In this document: one piece after another, positions 57,734 through 64,000 of the stretch | Position numbering within the stretch: position 1 is the first letter of the stretch | Layout of the letters: the number at the start of each line of letters is the position of its first letter | From: Bacteroidota bacterium | Lineage (GTDB): Bacteria > Bacteroidota > Bacteroidia > Sphingobacteriales > Sphingobacteriaceae | Reading direction: 5' to 3' | NCBI GenBank assembly: GCA_040389845.1 | Contig: JAZJZL010000157.1 | Coordinates: 86,324-150,323 of the forward strand | DNA length: 64,000 nucleotides | Notes under the pieces: generated by a model | What the model was told of the DNA's origin: nothing | The model's input: only the letters and a program-made list of their open reading frames with translations | The model's database searches: none | Program-made: the position numbers and the translations under genes

Positions 57734-58621
57734 ATGCAAGTATTTGTTACAGGGGCCTCGGGTTTTGTTGGCTCCGCAATTGTGAAAGATTTAATAGCCG
57801 CCGGTCATAAAGTATTGGGACTGGTGCGCTCAGAAAAAGGCGCTGAAAAAGTTGCCGCAGCCGGTGCGGAAGCATTGCTAGGCGATGTGAATGACCCGGA
57901 AGTTCTGCGCCAGGGAGTCACTAACTGCGATGCGGTTATCCATACTGCCTTTAACCACGATTTCTCGCGCTTCAAGCAAAATTGTGAAGACGACCGTGTG
58001 GTTATCGGAATTTTGGCCGATGCGCTGGCCGGTACAGATAAACCGTTGGTGGTTACATCCGGGGTGGGGCTACTTAATTATGGGCGACCAGCCACAGAGG
58101 ATGACGCCGCGCCGTCTTCTGATGTAATTCCGAGAGCCGCATCAGAAGAAGCGACAAAGGCGGCAGCGGCAAAAGGCGTTGACGCTTATATTGTACGCCT
58201 GCCACCCAGCACACATGGCGCCGGCGACCACGGCTTTGTGCCCATGATTATCGACATGGCAAAAGAAAAAGGGGAATCGGCCTATATCGGCGAAGGTAAA
58301 AACCTTTGGCCGGCTGCCCACCGCAATGATGCCGCTGCGATTTATCGCCTGGCTATAGAAAAACGCCCGGCGCTGAAGGTATTCCATGCGGTGGCCGAAA
58401 TCGGTGTGCCGTTTAGGGAAATTGCGGAAACGATCGGCAAAGGCTTAAACCTAACGACAGTCAGCAAAACCGGCGATGAGATTGCCGCGCATTTTACCTG
58501 GTTCGCTCATTTTGCGGCGATGGATTGTCAATCATCATCCGAAAAAACTAAAGCGGCGCTGGGTTGGCAACCGAAGGAATTGGGATTGATTGAGGATATG
58601 AAGGCTAATTATTTTAATTAA
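57734..58621 (+). CDS. Atypical SDR / NAD-dependent epimerase family oxidoreductase
   Basis: VFVTGASGFVG, IHTAFNHDF and IVRLPPSTHG. Confidence 0.9.
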   Translation: MQVFVTGASGFVGSAIVKDLIAAGHKVLGLVRSEKGAEKVAAAGAEALLGDVNDPEVLRQGVTNCDAVIHTAFNHDFSRFKQNCEDDRVVIGILADALAGTDKPLVVTSGVGLLNYGRPATEDDAAPSSDVIPRAASEEATKAAAAKGVDAYIVRLPPSTHGAGDHGFVPMIIDMAKEKGESAYIGEGKNLWPAAHRNDAAAIYRLAIEKRPALKVFHAVAEIGVPFREIAETIGKGLNLTTVSKTGDEIAAHFTWFAHFAAMDCQSSSEKTKAALGWQPKELGLIEDMKANYFN

Positions 58622-58670
58622 GGAATGATTACCGGCGGCTGTCAAAACCACCGCTCATACAAACTTACAT

Positions 58671-58711
58671 AAAAACGCCCGGCAAACTATTTTACGTTTC
58701 CGGGCGTTTTT
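58671..58711 (+). terminator. Probable intrinsic terminator
   Basis: AAAAACGCCCGG...CCGGGCGTTTTT stem with a T tract. Confidence 0.6.
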
Positions 58712-58716
58712 ATTAT

Positions 58717-59484
58717 ATGAGCAACACCCCGGAACCCACCAAACGATTTACAGCGCGCGTTGACAATTATGTTAAATACCGTCCGGGTTATCCGGCGGAG
58801 GTGTTTGACCTGCTGGCAAACGAAAGCGGGTTAACAACCGGTTCTGTTATTGCCGATATTGGTTCCGGCTCGGGTATATTCACCAAATTACTGTTGCAGC
58901 GCGGTTATAAAGTTCATGCTGTGGAACCTAACCAGGCCATGCAGCAAGCCGCCTGCATGTGGCTTGGGAGCGATGAAAATTTTATCCCCGTCGACGCTGT
59001 TGCCGAAGCTACCACACTTGCGACGCACAGCATTGATATGGTGGTTTGCGCCCAGGCTTTTCATTGGTTTAACGATGCCCGCACGCGTTGGGAGTTTAAT
59101 AGGATATTAAAGGAAGACGGCCTTACTGCACTCATCTGGAATAACCGACTGCCCGATACCGACGATTTTTCTATCGCTTACGAAAAGCTGCTCAAAACAG
59201 AATCTGTCGATTATAACAAAGTCAATCATCGCAACATAAACGATATCGACTTTAAAGCCTTTTTTAAGAATGGCATATATAAGCAGGTAAATTATCCTAA
59301 TACTCAATTATTCAATCTTGATGGCTTAATGGGGCGTGCGTTTTCATCATCGTACGTTCCGGCAGAAGGCAGCACCGGGGGCATAAAATTTAATGGGATG
59401 CTGCAAGATGTATTCGCAAAATATAATACAAATGGAACGGTGACCTTTACCTATCAAACAGAAGTGTATATAGGCAAGGTGTAA
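58717..59484 (+). CDS. Class I SAM-dependent methyltransferase
   Basis: YVKYRPGYP, IADIGSGSG and CAQAFHWF. Confidence 0.92.
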   Translation: MSNTPEPTKRFTARVDNYVKYRPGYPAEVFDLLANESGLTTGSVIADIGSGSGIFTKLLLQRGYKVHAVEPNQAMQQAACMWLGSDENFIPVDAVAEATTLATHSIDMVVCAQAFHWFNDARTRWEFNRILKEDGLTALIWNNRLPDTDDFSIAYEKLLKTESVDYNKVNHRNINDIDFKAFFKNGIYKQVNYPNTQLFNLDGLMGRAFSSSYVPAEGSTGGIKFNGMLQDVFAKYNTNGTVTFTYQTEVYIGKV

Positions 59485-59487
59485 ACG

Positions 59488-60249
59488 CTACGCCTGCTTT
59501 TGCTGCACCGAAATGTTTCTTAATTCCGTTTTCGCCAGCGCAAACCATTTGCTATTGCTGCGCTTTTCTATTTTACCCAGGTGCGGTTCCTCGTTCAGCA
59601 TGTCGGAGAATATGGTCCATGCGTCATCCTCACGCCCGTTCCGTACCAGGAATAAGCCATATTGGTAGCGTTGCTCAAAATAAGAATAACGACCTTTCAT
59701 CGCTTTAAATTCGTTTTCGGCTTCATCTATATTCCCTAAGCTTTCAAGCGACATCGCATACGCCATGTGCGCTTTCGAACGTGGAAATTGCGGCAGCTTA
59801 TACAGCTTTTTGGCAATAGGCAATACGTCTTCATATTGGCCCAGCTCGTAATAAGCAATCATCAATTGGGCCATTGCGTGCTCGTTTTCAGCGAACGCAC
59901 CGGTAAGGCTCGCTTTGTAAAGGTCGGCCGCTTTTTCTGTTTGTCCGGCAGCAAGGTAGGCATCGGCAAGCGCTATTCGGTTATTAAAAGTATCGGTAAA
60001 TTTAAGCTCTTCTTCCAGCTTCTTTATCTTTCCGCCGGGATTAATAACAGCGCCGACATTAATTTTAGGGCCGCTGTAGCGACGGTTGGAAAGAATCTCG
60101 TTATAGATATAAATAAGGCTGCCTAATACCGGCAATACGATAATCATCCAAAGCCACCTGCCCTGGGTGCCACGCCGCAGGCAATGTACGGCACAGAAAA
60201 TCTGCAAACCGATAATAAGGTAATAATAGGAGCCGCCGCCGTAAAACAT
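59488..60249 (-). CDS. Membrane-anchored TPR protein (PLDc_N-like N-terminus)
   Basis: WLWMIIVLPVLGSLIY anchor followed by TPR helices. ATG at 60249. Confidence 0.8.
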   Translation of the reverse strand: MFYGGGSYYYLIIGLQIFCAVHCLRRGTQGRWLWMIIVLPVLGSLIYIYNEILSNRRYSGPKINVGAVINPGGKIKKLEEELKFTDTFNNRIALADAYLAAGQTEKAADLYKASLTGAFAENEHAMAQLMIAYYELGQYEDVLPIAKKLYKLPQFPRSKAHMAYAMSLESLGNIDEAENEFKAMKGRYSYFEQRYQYGLFLVRNGREDDAWTIFSDMLNEEPHLGKIEKRSNSKWFALAKTELRNISVQQKQA

Positions 60250-60326
60250 GAGCGTATAGTTCAAATGTGATTATCAAAAATAAAAAATTTGTGGGATTTT
60301 AATGGGTTGTTTGTCAAAACTGATTT

Positions 60327-60450
60327 AGCGCAGGCCTGCGACCTGCGCTTGAATATTGCACAGTATTTCTTTGACGATTCTCCTAATTGATAACAGAAGC
60401 CCAAGGCCCAAAGGGCCGACACACCCCAGCGCAGGTCGCAGGCCTGTGCT
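60327..60450. repeat. Inverted REP-like pair
   Basis: AGCGCAGGCCTGCGACCTGCGCT (60327) and AGCGCAGGTCGCAGGCCTGTGCT (60428). Confidence 0.75.
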
Positions 60451-60541
60451 AATGACCGGCGATTAAACGTTTAGATAAAGCATTGTGCAAAGCAAATTGT
60501 CGCTAATTCGCGCTGGGTTTTAACTCAGCGCTACAATATGA

Positions 60542-60653
60542 ACCGAGCCGATGGCTCTTTAATTCAGGTACATTTGAAAGTTTTCTTCACCCTGGATTTC
60601 TTAAAGAGCCGTAGGCTCGGCCAATTTTATAGCGCCGGGTTTCAACCCGGCGT
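60542..60653. repeat. REP-like elements of the 22095/22429 family
   Basis: ACCGAGCCGATGGCTCTTT (inverted) and AAAGAGCCGTAGGCTCGGCC...TAGCGCCGGGTTTCAACCCGGCG. Confidence 0.8.
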
Positions 60654-60714
60654 TAGCAGCCATTGATTTGTATTCCCAAAGCCCTCATGCCATATTTATT
60701 TCTAAATTTATCAA

Positions 60715-62436
60715 ATGAAGATTTTTTCGGAACTGAAGAAAAATTTAAAAAACGACTTTTCAGAGCTGACAACCGTCAAAGTCGCCTTGCTGGCCGATAC
60801 AGCAACACAATTTCTTGCTGTAGCCCTGCGCGGCGCCGGATACGATATCGGTTTTGATTTGCAGATTTGGGAAGCCGATTTCAATCAAATAGAGCAGCAG
60901 GTCTTTAGTGATAGCTCCGAACTGCATAGATATAATCCGGATATCGTTATGATCTTTCACTCCACGCATAAACTGCTTCAGAAATATAATCGCCTGAATA
61001 CTGATGAATACAATACATTGGCCGAACAGCAGCTTGGCCTGATTAACAATATCACCACCGCCATAAATGAGGATTTAAACGCAAAGATTATATATTACAA
61101 CTATCCAGAGATTGACGATGCGGTTTTTGGCAATTATGCCAATAAAACACACGATTCTTTTCTTTTTCAAACGCGAAAGCTTAATTACGGACTGATGGTT
61201 TTCGCAGCCAACAGGCCCGGCTTTTATGTGTGTGATATTTCGTCGCTTCAAAATCAGTATGGCAAGGCAACTGTTTTTCATCCCTCGGTGTATATAAATA
61301 CTGAAATGGTTTTAAGCATCGATATTTTACCGTATGTGGCGGCGCGTACCATCGCGCTTGTTAATGCATTGTATGGTAAGATAAAAAAGTGCCTTGTATT
61401 TGATTTGGATAACACCATTTGGGGCGGCATAATCGGCGACGATGGGATGGAAAATATTCAAATAGGCGCACTGGGGATAGGTAAGGCTTTTACCGAATTT
61501 CAATACTGGCTCAAAAAGCTGAAAAATCGCGGTATAATATTGGCCGCCTGTAGCAAAAACACAGAAGCAGTTGTAATGGATGCTTTTGAGAACCATCCCG
61601 ATATGGTGTTGAAAGCTGAAGATATTGCCGTTTTCGCCATAAATTGGGACAATAAGGCTGATAATCTGCGGGATATTCAAGGCAAACTGAACATAGGATT
61701 TGATTCGATGGTGTTTTTGGATGATAGTCCTTTTGAACGGGCGATGGTTAAGGAGCATTTCCCTGAAGTTATGATGCCTGAATTGCCTGTAGACCCTGCT
61801 GAATACCTGGAATATCTATACACGTTGAACCTGTTCGAAACCACCTCATTTTCGGAGGAAGATGCGAAACGCACAAAACATTACCAGGCTGGTGCCAAGC
61901 GTGATGCAGCCCAAAAAAGCTTTGTTAATGAGCATGATTTTTTAAGTGGGCTAAACATGATTTCGCTGGTCGAGCCGTTTAACAAATTTAATATACCAAG
62001 GGTGGCCCAACTCACGCAGCGCTCCAACCAGTTTAACCTGCGTACGGTACGTTATACCGATGCGGAGCTGGAAAGGCTTGTTGCCTCGCCGGATGTTTTT
62101 ACGTTTTCCTTTATGCTCGAGGACAGGTTTGGCGACAACGGATTGATATGCGCCGTCATTCTTAAAAAAGAAAATAACGATACGCTGTTTATCGATACCT
62201 GGCTGATGAGCTGCCGGGTGTTGAAAAGAGGTATGGAATATTTCGTGTTAAATACGCTGGCGAATTTCGCTGTAAAAAGCGGGTTCAGCTATTTAAAAGG
62301 CGAATACCTGCCCACTGCAAAAAATGGAATCGTCGAAAATCATTATAAAGATTTAGGTTTTACTGCCGAAGGAAATTACTGGCTGTTAAGCACCGTAGAC
62401 TATCAAAACAAAGATATATTTATCGACTATAAATAA
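60715..62436 (+). CDS. fkbH: FkbH-like HAD-IIIC glyceryl-ACP loading enzyme
   Basis: VFDLDNTIWGG (HAD motif I), CSKN, VFLDDSPFER, RVAQLTQRSNQFNLRT, and a C-terminal acyltransferase domain with WLMSCRVL (active Cys). Confidence 0.93.
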   Translation: MKIFSELKKNLKNDFSELTTVKVALLADTATQFLAVALRGAGYDIGFDLQIWEADFNQIEQQVFSDSSELHRYNPDIVMIFHSTHKLLQKYNRLNTDEYNTLAEQQLGLINNITTAINEDLNAKIIYYNYPEIDDAVFGNYANKTHDSFLFQTRKLNYGLMVFAANRPGFYVCDISSLQNQYGKATVFHPSVYINTEMVLSIDILPYVAARTIALVNALYGKIKKCLVFDLDNTIWGGIIGDDGMENIQIGALGIGKAFTEFQYWLKKLKNRGIILAACSKNTEAVVMDAFENHPDMVLKAEDIAVFAINWDNKADNLRDIQGKLNIGFDSMVFLDDSPFERAMVKEHFPEVMMPELPVDPAEYLEYLYTLNLFETTSFSEEDAKRTKHYQAGAKRDAAQKSFVNEHDFLSGLNMISLVEPFNKFNIPRVAQLTQRSNQFNLRTVRYTDAELERLVASPDVFTFSFMLEDRFGDNGLICAVILKKENNDTLFIDTWLMSCRVLKRGMEYFVLNTLANFAVKSGFSYLKGEYLPTAKNGIVENHYKDLGFTAEGNYWLLSTVDYQNKDIFIDYK

Positions 62437-63338
62437 TGAATAAATATATCGATTATATCTATAATAACATTTCAACGTTAAATCCGCTGCATGCAAAGAA
62501 GCTAAAAAAGAATATCGACTCTTTTGATGAGAACTATGATAAGCTTGCCGGCGCGTTCTTTGATAAATACATTGCCATACTGCAAAGCCAAAACCAAACG
62601 CTTGATTATGCCATCGACTGCTACCTTAAAATGATAGCCGATGTTAACGCCGAAACCATTGATTTTTTGCGAACCGGCAAATACAGCAGCAGCACGTTTG
62701 ATGAAGTAAACGCCCGTGTTTATGCCCGGCCTGAAACCATGGAGTACTATATGCATGGCCTCATCATGTCGCAATTTTTGTGGAAACACCATTACCAGGT
62801 CGTCGATTTTTTTATCAACAAGTTACCGGCATATAAAGCGACCACGAAAAGCTACCTGGAGATTGGGGTCGGGCATGGATACTACCTGTCAAAAGCGCTG
62901 GAAATATTGGATGAGCAGACTGCATTTATCGTGGTTGATATCAGCGAAACTTCCATCGCGTTAGCAAAGAATTTTGTAAATGATGAACGGGTGGTTTATA
63001 ACCTGCAGGATATTTACGAATATGATAGCAGCCACAAGTTCGATTTTATAACTTTAGGCGAGGTGCTGGAGCATGTGGAGGACCCGCTGCGGCTGCTATT
63101 AAAAATAAAGGATTTATTAAGCGACACTGGTACGCTGTTTTTCACCACGCCGACCAACGCACCGGCTATCGACCATATTTACCTGTTTAATAACGCAGAT
63201 GAGATAAGGAATATGGTTAGGGCGGCAGGCTTTAAAATTGAATCAGAAGTGGCGCTGTTATCAGAAGACGTTTCGCCTGAAAAGGCGGAAAGATTAAAAA
63301 TAGCGGTGCTGTATGGGGCATTTGTGAAGAAGAGATAA
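62436..63338 (+). CDS. Class I SAM-dependent methyltransferase
   Basis: YLEIGVGHG and GEVLEHVEDP; overlaps the fkbH stop by 1 nt. Confidence 0.88.
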   Translation: MNKYIDYIYNNISTLNPLHAKKLKKNIDSFDENYDKLAGAFFDKYIAILQSQNQTLDYAIDCYLKMIADVNAETIDFLRTGKYSSSTFDEVNARVYARPETMEYYMHGLIMSQFLWKHHYQVVDFFINKLPAYKATTKSYLEIGVGHGYYLSKALEILDEQTAFIVVDISETSIALAKNFVNDERVVYNLQDIYEYDSSHKFDFITLGEVLEHVEDPLRLLLKIKDLLSDTGTLFFTTPTNAPAIDHIYLFNNADEIRNMVRAAGFKIESEVALLSEDVSPEKAERLKIAVLYGAFVKKR

Positions 63339-63362
63339 TTTGAATTGATTATTGTGCTTACG

Positions 63363-63521
63363 GGCCCCATCGGGGCCAAATATTGGTAGGAAAATAAACG
63401 CGAAGGAACCGTGCCGTAGGTACGGAACACCGGCATCGGGGAAGGCGGTTTAGGTAGCGTACCTACGGCACGCAACTCCATGCCATATTATTTCTACCGA
63501 TATTGGGCTCCTAACGGAGCC
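63363..63521. repeat. REPIN-like composite inverted element
   Basis: GGCCCCATCGGGGCC+AAATATTGGTAG ... CTACCGATATTG+GGCTCCTAACGGAGCC, with an inner perfect inverted pair CGTGCCGTAGGTACG / CGTACCTACGGCACG. Confidence 0.85.
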
Positions 63522-63561
63522 TGCCAGGTTTCTGGCTATATTACGTTTAACGAATTTTGAC

Positions 63562-63804
63562 ATGACAAGAAGCGAAATACTGAGAATCATAAATGCCATT
63601 TTCATCGACGTGCTTGATGATGACACGGTTGTATTGACCGAAGAAACCACCGCCAATGATGTAGATGAATGGGATTCGCTAAATCATATTCAATTGGTAG
63701 TAGCAATAGAAAAACATTTTAAAATCCGTTTTGCCTCGCAGGAGATTTTGAGCTGGCAGAATATTGGGGAGATGGTGAGTTCGGTAGAGGGGAAGGTAAA
63801 TTAG
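63562..63804 (+). CDS. Acyl carrier protein
   Basis: 80 aa and acidic; the phosphopantetheine site WDSLNHI is typical of FkbH-associated ACPs. Confidence 0.9.
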   Translation: MTRSEILRIINAIFIDVLDDDTVVLTEETTANDVDEWDSLNHIQLVVAIEKHFKIRFASQEILSWQNIGEMVSSVEGKVN

Positions 63805-63854
63805 CATTGATGCTGTGGATTTCGCGATGGGCGATGCCGGTCGCTGGTGGATTG

Positions 63855-63945
63855 GCGCCCTTTCAGGGCTTGGGTTGCCTGGCTATAACGGGCTTCTATT
63901 CCCTGAAGGGGATACATACGTCAGCGCAGGGCATCGCTCTGCGTC
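63855..63945. repeat. REP-like element (GCCCTTTCAGGGC family)
   Basis: GCCCTTTCAGGGC and CCCTGAAGGGG hairpins in opposite orientation, plus a GCGCAGGGCATCGCTCTGCG palindrome. Confidence 0.6.
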
Positions 63946-64000
63946 ACCAGGACAGGTTTCGAACAGCCAGGGGATGCCCAACATATTGGCCATTTAGGTT

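Noticed and set aside
4563-63656. Remaining short or antisense ORFs in the track, including the 348-aa ORF at 19147-20193
   Set aside because: They overlap well-supported genes on the opposite strand or in another frame and have no recognisable motifs.
63815-63997. 60-aa ORF after the ACP
   Set aside because: It runs across a REP-like palindromic element and has no protein-like features.
1-64000. CRISPR array, rRNA, IS transposase or integrase
   Set aside because: No regularly spaced repeat-spacer series was found, and none of the translated ORFs shows such motifs. The repeats are dispersed palindromes.

Overview
Chromosomal window from a Bacteroidota bacterium; gene content and repeat style suggest Sphingobacteriaceae (Mucilaginibacter-like), which is inference. 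The left end is the start of a polysaccharide utilisation locus: a hybrid two-component regulator followed by a SusC-type gene that runs off the edge and is missing from the ORF track. The rest is a mosaic of accessory modules. These include an AraC/FAD-monooxygenase pair, an ABC-2 exporter, a RelE-type toxin-antitoxin pair, an ECF sigma pair and a CRTAC1/ASPIC protein. Housekeeping genes are parE, cdd and alkA. There is also a TPR kinase with a sigma-54 activator, two Crp-regulator/oxidoreductase cassettes, orphan CAZyme-like genes, and an FkbH-methyltransferase-ACP cluster at the right edge. Non-coding signals are: a displaced tRNA-Leu-like 3' end (att-like scar, 48019-48048), a duplicated 56-nt element at about 8 kb, twin perfect palindromes at 41.06-41.11 kb, an amino-acid permease remnant, and several families of REP-like palindromic elements. 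I found no CRISPR array, intact tRNA or rRNA, integrase or transposase. All family calls come from motif recognition by eye, not database searches.
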